Source of the DNA: Macrostomum lignano
Lineage: Eukaryota
Direction of reading: 5' to 3'
DNA length: 48,901 bases
NCBI GenBank assembly: GCA_002269645.1
Contig: NIVC01004357.1
Span: 1-48,901, forward strand
Shown: positions 35,910 through 48,262 of the stretch, one piece after another
How the letters are laid out: each line of letters starts with the position of its first letter
Numbering within the stretch: position 1 is the stretch's first letter
Position numbers and translations under genes: made by a program
Notes under the pieces: model-generated
The model's input: the letters and a program-made list of their open reading frames with translations, nothing else
Database searches by the model: none
Told to the model about the DNA's origin: nothing

Positions 35910-37699
35910 ACAGATGGGAGAGAAGAGGGGAGTAAGGCCGGAACAAAGGAGGGAGAAGAAAAGAGGAGAGAGGAGATGAGAGGGGAGATATGAGATAACA
36001 GAGGGAGACAAGTTAAGAGAGGAAAGTAGTGCGGAGAGGAGAGATGAGAGATGCGATGAGAAGAGTGAGAAATAAGAGAGAGGAGATTAGAGATTAGAAA
36101 AGAGAGGGAAGAAGATGAAAGGAGCAAGGAGAGGAGAAAAGAGAGAATGGAAAGGATAGAAAAGAGAGAAGAGAAGAGAAAGGGGATAGTGGAAAGGAGG
36201 AACGAAAGATAGGAGATAAGAAAGTAGAGGGTGAGAGCGTATATGAGATATGAGAAATGAGAGCAGAGAGGAGAGAAAAGAGAAGTGAGAGAGGTTTAAG
36301 GAGATACGATAGATAAGTGAGTAGAGATGACATATGAGAGAGGAGAGAAGAGGGAGAGATATGAGGGAAGAGAGGAGACAAGAGACAGGAGAGGGTACAG
36401 ACGAAAGACGAGGGAGAAGAGACAAATAAGGGAGTAGGGGTAGAGATGAGATGAGAGAGAGGAGAGAGAAGAGAGTCACGATAATAGCGAATAGAAGAGA
36501 GAGGAGATATGAGAGACGTGAGAGTCTTTGAGCTATGGTCTTTCAAAGATTTTGTAAAGAATTTGGAGACGATTTGGAAGATGGGATTCAAGTGGAGTTT
36601 CAGCTGATGGATTTCAGGGAATGGAATTCCGGTGATGGGAGTTCTTCCCCTTTCTCCTCCGGAGGAGGAGTTCCACTCGTATATACTAAAGTTGACGCGT
36701 TGTTTGTCTGTCTGTCTGTGTGTCTGTCTGTCATTTCGACAACTCCTCCTTGAATAGTGCCAACTCAGCGTTGAAACTTATATGGGAAGATTGGAAATTA
36801 TCCGAGGTCGGCTATAGGCTATTTTAATTCTGAAATTTTAATTTCTAAAATCCTCAAAAAAGCAGAAAACGGCGGTCTTGACCTTTGATAATCTTAATTG
36901 TCCCCTCTTTCTGCTTGGAGCTGAAAATTTGCATGAATTTCAAGTGATTGCGCCACAACTTTTCCCTATCTCTGCAGTGTATTTTCTCTCCAGTGGGGGG
37001 ATGGGGCGTTCTAAATGGCTGCCTGTGTACAATCGGACCCTGGCTCACTGGCTGACTGTATAGACAATTGCGCAAAGATTTGTGTTCTAATTTTCAATAG
37101 GCAGCCCTGTGATTTTGTTGAACCTTGAAATTCAATGCATAAACTTGCGGGCCTCTTTAGCAGGCAGTGAACGTACAATCGATATTTCAATGCTTTAAAT
37201 CAGAAAGTTTCAAACGCAAACTGTTGCTCGAGTTTTTAACTTTGAGAGAAAAAATTTATATTGCTGGAAAGAACTTGCAAAGCTGATTTCAGGGATATAA
37301 ATTGTTTGCTTCAAATATGAAACTAAAAGCTCTGCATTGCAAAAACTATTTCCATACTTTAAACTTTCTGCAAAGATTGTACTCATTTTGGCGAGAGGTG
37401 AGAGATAAAGTTGGGGTTTCGACTACCAACTGGCGCTGTGTATAGGAAGGGGGTCAGTTGCTTTGTATTGGAGGGTTGATTTAGATTGCGCAATGTTTTT
37501 GTTAACTTTAACTGAGACTGATACTGACTGACTGTGAAATCGGTTGCGCAATGAATTGATTCAATTAGTTCAATAGTTTATCAGTGCCTTTTAACACGAA
37601 GCTGTGCGTAGTTCTAACCCTAACCCTAACCCTAACCAATGAATCCGGAGAGTTGAGTTGTTTGACGGAAAAAATTGATTGAGTCCAGTTTAGCGGAGA

Positions 37700-38160
37700 C
37701 GATTTCAATGTTTTAATTTTGACAAAGAGGATTTCTGTTTCGTGGAGAGGATTTCGATGGTGCTCAGTTTCACGGAGAGGATTTTGATGATGTTCAGCTT
37801 CACGGAGAGGATTTCTGTTTCGCGGAGTTAAATTTATGATTGATTTCTGCTTTATGGAGACGATTTTGATAGATTTAAGTTTCAAGGAGAGGATTTCGAA
37901 GGTGTTCAGTTTCACGGAGAGGATTTCGAAGGTGTTCAGTTTCACGGAGAGGATTTCGATGATGTTCAGCTTCACGGAGAGGATTTCTGTTTCGCGGAGA
38001 TAATTTATGATTGATTTCTGTTTTATGGAGACGATTTTTGTTATTTTGATGGATTTAAGTTTCAAGGAGAGGATTTCGAAGGAGTCCAGTTTCACGGAGA
38101 GGATTTCGATGGTTTTCAGTTGCACGGACAGGATTTCTGCTTCGCGGAGAGGATCTTGAT
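37700..38160. repeat. Expanded degenerate 20/30-bp minisatellite (TTTCACGGAGAGGATTTCGATGGTGTTCAG family)
   Basis: Multiple imperfect copies. Shorter versions follow the telomere-type tract in every unit that has one (e.g. 1330-1510, 3580-3720, 25860-26170). Confidence 0.85.
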
Positions 38161-41100
38161 GGATTTGGCATCTTCAATCAGTCAGAGAAGAGAGTAAAGA
38201 GAAGAATGAAAAGAGAAGAGAGAAGAGATGATAGAAAACAGAGTATAATGAGTGGAGAGATTAGACATGACAGATTGGAGATGATAGGATAGAGAATAGA
38301 TGAGGGATAAGAGCGTACAGAGGCAATAGAAGAGAGGGGAGAGTAGAGGAGAAAGAAAGAGTGAGATGAGGAGATGAGGGATGAGAGAGGAGGGAGAGAG
38401 GAGACAGGAGAGAGTACAGACGAAAGACTAGGGAGAAGATATAAATAAGGTAGTAAAGATGAGAGGAGAGAGAGGAGAGAGAAGCGAAAGGAGAAGAGAG
38501 TGAGGAGAGAGGAGAGATGAAAGGAGCAAGGAAAGGAGAAAAGAGAGAATGGAGAGAATAGAAAAGAGAGAAGAAGAGACAGGGATAGTGAAAAGGAGGA
38601 AGAAAGATGGGAGACAAGAAAGAAAGTAGAGTGTGAGAGCGTATATGAGATATCAGAAATGAGAAGCAGATAGGAGAGAAAAGAGAAGAGAGAGAGGGTT
38701 AAGAGAGACGATAGATAAGTAAGGAGAAATGACATATGACAGAGGAGGAGAAGAGGGAGAGATAAGAGTGAAGAGAGGAGACAGAAGACAGGAGAAGGTA
38801 CAGACGAAAGACGAGGGAGAAGAGATAAACAAGGGAGCAGGGTAGAGATGAGATGAGAGAGAGGAGAGAGGAGATATGAGAGACTTGAGAGTCTTTGAGC
38901 TATGGTCTTTGAAAGATTTTGTAAAGAATTTGGAGACGATTTGGAAGATAGGGTTAAAGACATGGAATTTCAGTTGATGGATATTTCAGGGAATAGAATT
39001 CCGGTGATGGAGTTCTTCCCTTTCTCCTCCGAAGGAGGAGTTCCACTCGTCTCTATATATACTAAAGTTGACGCGTTGTTTGTCTGTCTGTATGTCTGTC
39101 TGTATGTCTGTCTGTATGTCTGTCTGTCATTTCGACAACTCCTCCTTGAATAGTGCCAACTCAGCGTTGAAACTTATATGGGAAGATTGGAAATTATCCG
39201 AGGTCGGCTATAGGCTATTTTAATTCTGAAATTTTAATTTCTAAGATCCTCAAAAAAGCAGAAAACGGCGGTCTTGACCTTTGATAATCCTAATTGTCCC
39301 CTCTTTCTGCTTGGAGCTGAAAATTTGCATGAATTTTAAGTGATTGCGCCATAAAATTTTGCTAACTTGGCAGTGTATTTTCTCTCCAGTGGGGGATAGG
39401 AGCGTTCTCAGTGGCGGCGTGTGTACACTTGGACCCTAGCTAACTGGCGGACAGTGAAATTCAATGCATCAATTTGCGAGCCTCTCTAGCAGGCAGTGAA
39501 CGTACACTCGATATTTCAATGCTTTAAATCAGAAAGTTTCAAATGCTAACTGTTGCTCGATTTTTGAACTTTGAGAGGAGAGCTTATATTGCTGGAAAGA
39601 TCTTGCAACGCTGAGTTCAGGGATATAAGTTGTTTGCTTTAACTGTAAAAATTAAAAGCACAGCATTCAAAAAACGATTTTATTACTTTTACTTTTAACT
39701 TGCTGCAAAGATTGTACTTATTTTTGCGATAGGTCAGAGATAAATTTGGGGGGTTCAATTGCTAATTGCCACTGCGTAGTGGAAGGCGGTCGGGCGCTGT
39801 GTATTGGAGGGTTGATTTAGATTGCGCAATCTTTTTGTTAACTGTAACTGAGACTGATACTGACATACTGTGAAATCAGTTGCGCCATCAATTTTGTTTT
39901 ATTATCTGTGCCTTTCAATAGGCTGCCCTGTGTAATAGCCGGCCTGTGTAGTAAATGAATAAACTTGCGAGCCTCTTTGGCAGGCAGTGAACGTACACGC
40001 GACATTTCAATGCTTTAAAACGGGAACTTTCAAACGCTAACTGCTCTTCGAGTTCTAAACTTTAAGAGAAGAGACTTATACTGCTGAAAAGATCTTGCAA
40101 CGCTGAGTTCGAGGATATAAAATGTTTCAAAAAACCATTTCCATACTTTTAGCTTTATGCAAAGATTGTACTCATTTTTTTGTTCAATGCCCCCAAAAGT
40201 TTGAGGTTCAATTTCTAACTGCCACTGCGTATTGAAAAGGGGTCGGTCTCTGTGTACTGGAGGGTTGATTTAGATTGCGCAATTTTTTTGCTAACTTTAA
40301 CTGAGACTGATACTGACTGACTGTGAAATCGGTTGCGCAATCAATTGATTCAATTGGTTCATTTTTTATTTGAACACGCAGCTGTGTGTAGCTCTAACCC
40401 TAACCCTAACCCTTAACAATAACCAATGAATCCTGATATTTATTCTTTTTGACGGAGAAAATTTCGATTGAGTCCAGTTTAAAAGAAAGAATTTCGATGG
40501 TTTTCAGTTTCACGGAGAGGATTTCTGTTTCGCGGAGAGGATTTCGATTCTCTTCAGTTTCACGGAGAGGATTTCGATGGTTTTCAGTTGCACGGACAGG
40601 ATTTCTGCTTCGCGGAGAGGATCTTGATTGATTTGGCATCTTCAATCAGTCAGAGAAGAGAATAAAAAGAAGAATGAAAAGAGAAGAGATATGAGATGGT
40701 AGAAAACAGAGTAGAAATGAGTGGAGAGATTAGACATGACAGATTGGAGAGAAGAGGGGATTAAGGCGGGAACGAAGGACAGAAAAGCGAAGAGGAGAGA
40801 GGAGATAAGAGTGGATATATGAGATAGCAAAGGGAGACAAGAGAGATAAGAGAGAAAGAAAGAGTGAGATGAGGGATGAGAGATGAGAGAGGAGCGGAGA
40901 GAGAAGAGAGAAAAAGAAAAAAGGGGAGAAAGGAGACAGACGAGAGTAGAGACGAAAGACGAGGGAGAAGATATAAATAAAGTAGTAGAGATGAGAGGAG
41001 AGGGAGGAGAGAGAAGCGAAAGGAAAAGAGCGAGAGGAGAGAGGAGAGAGATGAAAAATCAGAGATGAGAGAGTTAAGAGAGGGAAGTAGTGAGGAGAGG

Positions 41101-41273
41101 AGAGATGAGAGATGCGAGGAGAAGAGATGAGTGAGAACATAAGAGAGAAGAGATTGAGATTAGAAAAGAGAGAAGAGAAGAGACGGGGGTAGTGGAAAGG
41201 AGGAAAGAAAGATGGGAGACAAGAAAGTAGAGTCTGAGACCGTATATGAGATATAAGAAATGAGAGCAGAGAG

Positions 41274-41279
<6 letters not shown>

Positions 41280-41337
<58 letters not shown>
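41280..41337. repeat. (AG)29 microsatellite
   Basis: Perfect run read directly. Confidence 0.95.
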
Positions 41338-41340
<3 letters not shown>

Positions 41341-44300
41341 TAAGAGAGACGATAGATAAGTGAGTAGAGATGACATATGAGAGAGAAGAGAAGAAGGAGA
41401 GATAAGAGAGAAGAGAGGAGACAGGAGACAGAAGTGAAGAATAGAGATGTGATAGAACAGAGAACAGAGGAGACAGGAGGGGGTACAGACGAAAGACGAG
41501 GGAGAAGAGATAAATAAGGAAGTAGGGGTAGAGATGAGATGAGAGAGAGGAGAGAGAAAGAGTCACGATAATAGCGAAGAGAGGAGAGAGTAGATATGAG
41601 AGACGTAAGAGTCTTTGAGCTATGGTCTTTGAAAGGTTTGTAAAGAATTTGGAGATGATTTGGAAGATGGGGTTCAAGACATGGAATTTCAGTTGATGGA
41701 TAATTCAGGGAATGGAATTCCGGTGATGGGAGTTCTTCCCCTTTCTCCTCCGAAGGAGGAGTTCCACTCTCTCTATATATACTAAAGTTGACGCGTTGTT
41801 TGTCTGTCTGTCTGTATGTCTGTCTGTATGTCTGTCTGTCATTTCGACAACTCCTCCTTGAATAGTGCCAACTCAGCGTTGAAACTTATATGGGAAGATT
41901 GGAAATTATCCGAGGTCGGCTATAGGCTATTTTAATTCTGAAATTTTATTTCTAAGATCCTCAAAAAAGCAGAAAACTTGAATCTTGACCTTTGATAATC
42001 TTAATTGTCCCTCTTTCTGCTTGGAGCTGAAAAATGCATGAATTTTTAGTGATTGCGCCACAACTTTTCCCTATCTCTGTAGTGTATTTTCTTTCCAGTG
42101 GGGGTGGGAGCGTTCTCAGTGGCTGCGTGTGTACACTTGGACCCTGGCTCACTGGCTGACTTTATAGATAATTGCGCAATGATATGGCTACTGATAAGTT
42201 TTCCTGCCTTTCAATGGGCAGTCCTGTGTATTTGTTGGACATTGAAATTCAATGCATCATCTTGCAAGCAGGCAGTGAACGTACACTCGATACTTCAATG
42301 CTATAAATCAGACAGTTTCAAACGCTAACTGTTCCTCGAGTTTTAAACTTTGAGAGGAGAACTTACATTGCTGGCAAGATCTTGCAACGCTGAGTTCGGG
42401 GATATAAGTTGTTTGCTTTAAATATGAAAAGAAAAAGCACAGCATTTGAAAAACGATTTCCATACTTTTAACTTTTTGCAAAGATTGTACTTTAATCTGC
42501 AAAGATTGTTGGGGGGAGGGTTCAACTTCTCACTGCTGCTGTGTATTAGAGGGTTGATTTAGATTGCGCAATGTTTTTGTTAACTTTACCTGAGGCTGAT
42601 ACTGACTGACTGTGAAATCGGTTGCGCAATGAATTGATTCAATTAGTTCAATATTTTTATCTGTGCCTTTTAACACGAAGCTGTGCGTAGTTCTAACCCT
42701 AACCCTAACCCTAACCCTAACCCTAATGAATCTGGCGAGTTGAGTTGTTTGACGGAAAAAATTCGATTAAGTCAAGTTTAGCGGAGACGATTTCAATGTT
42801 TAAATTCTGACGGAGAAGATTTCTGTTTCGTGGAGAGGATTTCGATGATGTTCAGTTTCACGAAAGGATTTCCATGGTGTTCAGTTTCACGGAGAGGATT
42901 TCGATCATGTTCAGCTTCACGGAGAGGCTTTCTGTTTCGCGGAGATAATTTATGATTGATTTCTGTTTTATGGAAACAATTTTGATGGATTTAAGTTTCA
43001 AGGAGAGGATTTCGAAGGAGTCCAGTTTCACTGAGAGGATTTCGATGGTTTTTAGTTGCACAGACAGGATTTTTGCTTCGCGGAGAGGATCTTGATGGAT
43101 TTGGCATCTTCAATCAGTCAGAGAAGAGAGTAAAGAGAAGACTGAAAAGAGAAGAGAGAAGAGATGATAGAAAACAGAGTATAATTGAGTGGAGAGATTA
43201 GACATGACAGATTGGAGATGATAGGAGAGAGAATAGATGAGGGATAAGAGCGTACAGAGGCAATATAAGAGAGGGGAGAGTAGAGGAGAAAGAAAGAGTG
43301 AGATGAGGAGATGAGGGATGAGAGAGCAGGGGAGAGAGGAGACAGGAGAGAGTACAGACGAAAGACTAGGAGAAGATATAAATAAGGTAGTAAAGATGAG
43401 AGGAGAGAGAGGAGAGAGAAGCGAAAGGAGAAGAGAGTGAGGAGAGAGGAGAGAGATGAAAGGAGCAAGGAAAGGAGAAAAGAGAGAATGGAGAGAATAG
43501 AAAAGAGAGAAGAGAAGAGACAGGGGATAGTGAAAAGGAGGAAGAAAGATGGGAGACAAGAAAGTAGTGTCAGAGCGTATATGAAATATGAGAAATGAGA
43601 GCAGAGAGAAGAGAAAAGAGAAGAGAGAGAGAGGGTTAAGAGAGACGATAGATAAGTGAGTAGAGATGACATATGAGAGAGGAGAGAAGAGGGAGAGATA
43701 AGAGTGAAGAGAGGAGACAGAAGACAGGAGAAGGTACAGACGAAAGACGAGGGAGAAGAGATAAATAAGGGAGCAGGGTAGAGATGAGATGAGAGAGAGG
43801 AGAGAGGAGATATGAGAGACTTGAGAGTCTTTGAGCTATGGTCTTTGAAAGATTTTGTAAAGAATTTGGAGACGATTTGGAAGATAGGGTTAAAGACATG
43901 GAATTTCAGTTGATGGATATTTCAGGGAATAGAATTCCGGTGATGGGAGTTCTTCCCCTTTCTCCTCCGAAGGAGGAGTTCCACTCGCTATATACTAAAG
44001 TTGATGCGATGTTTGTGTGTTTGTTTGTCTGTTGCATAACTCCTCCTAGAATACTTGCAACTCAGCGTTGAAACTTATATTGGAAAACTGCAAATTTTCC
44101 GAGGATGGCTTTAGGCTATTTTAATTTTCATTTTTACATTTTAAGATCCCTAAAAAAGCAGAAAACGGCGGTTTTGACCTTTGATAATCTTATTTGTCCC
44201 CTCTTTCTGCTTGGAGCTGAAAAAATGCACGAATTTTTAGTGATTGCGCCACAACTTTTCCCTATCTCTGTAGTGTATTTTCTTTCCAGTGGGGGGTGGG

Positions 44301-47300
44301 AGCGTTCTCAGTGGCTGCGTGTGTACACTTGGACCCTGGCTTACTGGCTGACTGTATAGATAATTGCGCAATGATATGGCTATCTCTTCTATCTATCCTA
44401 ATACTAAAACTGACGCGATGTTTGTCTGTCTGTCTGTGTGTCTGTCATTTCGACAACTCCTCCTTGAATAGTGCCAACTCAGCGTTGAAACTTATATGGG
44501 AAGATTGGAAATTATCCGAGGTCGGCTATAGGCTATTTTAATTCTGAAATTTTAATTTCTAAGATCCTCAAAAAAGCAGAAAACGGCGGTCTTGACCTTT
44601 GATAATCTTAATTGTCCCCTCTTTCTGCTTGGAGCTGAAAATTTGCATGAATTTCAGTGATTGCGCCACAACTTTTCCCTATCTCTGCAGTGTATTTTCT
44701 CTCCAGTGGGGGATGGGGCGTTCTAAATGGCTGCGTGTGTACACTTGGACCCTGGCTCACTGGCTGACTGTATAGATAATTGCGCAATGATATGGCTACT
44801 GATAAGTTTTCCTGCCTTTCAATGGGCAGCCCTGTGTATTTGTTGGACATTGAAATTCAATGCATCAACTTGCAAGCAGGCAGTCAACGTACACTCGATA
44901 CTTCAATGCTATAATCAGACAGTTTCAAACGCTAACTGTTCCTCGAGTTTTAAACTTTGAGAGGAGAAACTTATATTGCTGGAAAGATCTTGCAACGCTA
45001 AGTTCGGGGATGTAAGTTGTTTGCTTTAAATATGAAAAGAAAAAGCCAGCATTTAAAAAACTATTTCCATACTTTTAACTTTCTGCAAAAATCGTACTCA
45101 GTTTTGCGAGACGTAATAGATAAAGCTGGGGGAGGGTTCAACTTCTCACTGCTGCTGTGTATTGGAGTGTTGATTTAGATTGCACAATGTTTTTGTTAAC
45201 TTTAACTGCGACTGATACTGACTGACTGTGAAATCGGTTGCACAATGAATTGATTCAATTAGTTCAATAGTTTATCAGTGCCTTTTAACACGAAGCTGTG
45301 CGTAGTTCTAACCCTAACCCTAACCCTAACCAATGAATCCGGAGATTGAGTTGTTTGACGGCAAAAAATTCGATTGAGTCCAGTTTAGTGGAGACGATTT
45401 CAATGTTTTAATTTTGACGGAGAGGATTTCTGTTTCGTGGAGAGGATTTCGATGGTGTTCAGTTTCGTGGAAAGGATTTCGATGGTTTTCAGTTTCACGG
45501 AGAGGATTTCGATGATGTTCAGCTTCACGGAGAGGATTTTCTGTTTTCGCGGATATTTTATGATTGATTTATGTTTTATGGAGACCATTTTGATGGATTT
45601 AAGTTTCAAGGAGAGGATTTCGAAGGAGTCCAGTTTCACGGAGAGGATTTCGATGGTTTTCAGTTGCACGGACAGGATTTCTGCTTCGCGGAGAGGATTT
45701 TGATGGATTTGGCATCTTAAATCAGTCAGAGAAGAGAGTAAAGAGAAGAATGAAAAGAGAAGAGATATGAGATGGTAGAAAACAGAGTAGAAATGAGTGG
45801 AGAGATTAGACATGACAGATGGGAGAGAAGAGGGGAGTAAGGCGGGAACGAAGGAGAGAGAAGAGAAGAGGAGAGAGGAGATGAAGGAAGAGGATATGAG
45901 AGAGGAGACATGAGATAGCAGAGAGGAGACAGGAGAGAGAAGAAAGGAGGGATAAGAGCGTACAGAGGCAATAGGAGAGAGGAAAGAGAGGAGAGAGGTG
46001 AGAGGTGAGAGGAGAGAGATGAAAGATCAGAGATCAGAGATTTAAGAGAAGAAAGTAGTGAGGAGAAAGAAGAGGGTAAAGATGAGAGTGCAGAGAGGAG
46101 AGAAACGAGAGGAGACAGGTGGTAGAAAGGAGTGTAAAAAACAGGAGATAAGAAAGGGAGGGTGAGAGTGAGAGCATATACGAAAGTGTAAAAGGGGAGC
46201 AGAGGAGAGAGAATAGATAAGTGAGTAGAGAAGAGATATGAGAGAGGAGAGATTCGAGATTAGAGAAGAGATGAGGGGAGATGAGAGGAGAGAAAAGAGA
46301 GGAGAGGAGACAGGTGATGCAGTAGAAAGGGAAGAAAGATGGTAGATAACAAAGGAGAGGGTGAGAGCGTATAAGAGATACGAGAAATGAGAGCAGAGAG
46401 AAGAGAGAAAGTAGAGCGGAGACAATAGATAAGTAAGTAGAGATGAGATATGAGAGAGAGAGAAAAGGGGAGAGATAAGATAGAAGATAGGAGAGTAGAC
46501 AGAGAGAGGGTACAGACGAAAGACGAGGGAGAAGAAATAAATAAGGGAGTAGAGATAAATAAGAGAGTAGGGTAGAGATGAGATGAGAGAGAGGAGAGAG
46601 AAGCGAGTCACGAAAATAGCGAAGAGAGGAGAGAGTAGATTTGAGAGACGTAAGAGTCTTTGAGCTATGGTCTTTGAAAGGTTTGTAAAGAATTTGGAGA
46701 CGATTTGGAAGATGGGGTTCAAGACATGGAATTTCAGTTGATGGATAATTCAGGGAATGGAATTCCGGTGATGAGAGTTCTTCCCCTTTCTCCTCCGAAG
46801 GAGGAGTTCCACTCGTCTTAATACTAAAACTGGTGCGTTGTTTGTCTGTGTGTGTGTGTGTTTGTTGGATATCTCCTCCTAGAATACTTGCAAGTCAGCG
46901 TTGAAACTTATGTGGGAAAACTGCAAATTTTCCGAGGATGGCTTTAGGCTATTTTAATCTTTTATTTTTACATTTTAAGATCCCTAAAAAAGCAGAAAAC
47001 GGCAATTCTGACCTTTGATAATCTTAATTGTCCTCTCTTTCCGCTCGGAGCTGAAAATTTGCATGAATTTTGAGTGATTACGCAACAACTTTTTCCTATC
47101 TCGGCAGTGTATTTTCTCTCCAGTGGGGGGATGGGGGCGTTCTCAGTGGCGGCGTGTGTACACTTGGACCCTGGCTCACTGGCTGACTGTATAGATAATT
47201 GCGCAATGATTTGGCTACTGATAAGTTTTCTTGCCTCTCAATGGGCAGCCCTGTGTATTTTGTTGGACATTGAAATTCAATGCATCAGCTAGCAAGCAGG

Positions 47301-48232
47301 TAGTTAACGTACACTCGATACTTCAATGCTATAAATCAGACAGTTTCAAAACGCTAACTGCTTTCGAGTTCTAAATGTTAAGAGAAGAGATTATACTGCT
47401 GAATAGATCTTGCAACACTGAGTTCGAGGATATAAATTGTTTGCTTTAAATAGAAAAACTAAAAGCACAGCATCAAAAAAACTATTTCCAGACTTTTAGC
47501 TTTCTGCAAAGATTTGTACTCATTTTGGGGTTCAATGGGCGTTCGACCGACCCCCAACAGTTTGGGGTTCAATTTCTAACTGCCACTGCGTAGTGGAAGG
47601 GGGTCGGGCGCTGTGTACTGGAGGTTGATTTAGATTGCGCAAACTTTTTGTTAACTTGAACTGAGACTGATACTGACTGACTGTGAAATCGGTTGCGCCA
47701 TCAATTTGTTTTATTATCTGTGCCTTTCAATAGGCTGCCCTGTGAAGTTTTGGACATTGAAATTCAATGCATAAACTTGCGAGCCTCTTTAGCAGGCAGT
47801 GAACGTACACTCGATATTTCAATGCTTTAAATCAGAAAGTTTCAAACGCAAACTGTTGCTCGAGTTTCTAACTTTGATAGGAGAAACTTATATTGCTGGA
47901 AAGATCTTGCAACGCTGAGTTCGGGGATATATTTGTTATCTTTAAATATGAAAAAGAAAAAGCACAGCATTTAAAAAAACTATTTCCATGCTTTTAATTT
48001 TCTGCAAAAATTGTTCTCAGTTTTGCGAGACGTAATAGATAAAGTTGGGGGGGGGAGGGTTCAACTTCTCACTGCTGCTGTGTATTGGAGGGTTGATTTA
48101 GATTGCGCAATGTTTTTGTTAACTTTAACTGAGACTGATACTGACTGACTGAAGAAATCGGTTGCGCAATGAATTGATTCAATTAGTTCAATATTTTTAT
48201 CAGTGCCTTTTAACACGAAGCTGTGCGTAGTT

Positions 48233-48262
48233 CTAACCCTAACCCTAACCCTAACCCTAACC
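48233..48262. repeat. Interstitial telomere-type (CTAACC)5 tract
   Basis: Read directly. Confidence 0.92.

Noticed and set aside
1756-46722. Many long Leu/Ser/Phe-rich minus-strand ORFs and Arg/Glu-rich plus-strand ORFs (e.g. 3910-4818, 8725-9774, 26196-27269, 40730-41677)
   Set aside because: They are translations of GA/TC low-complexity blocks, which lack stop codons on the pyrimidine strand. Frames shift freely between near-identical copies.
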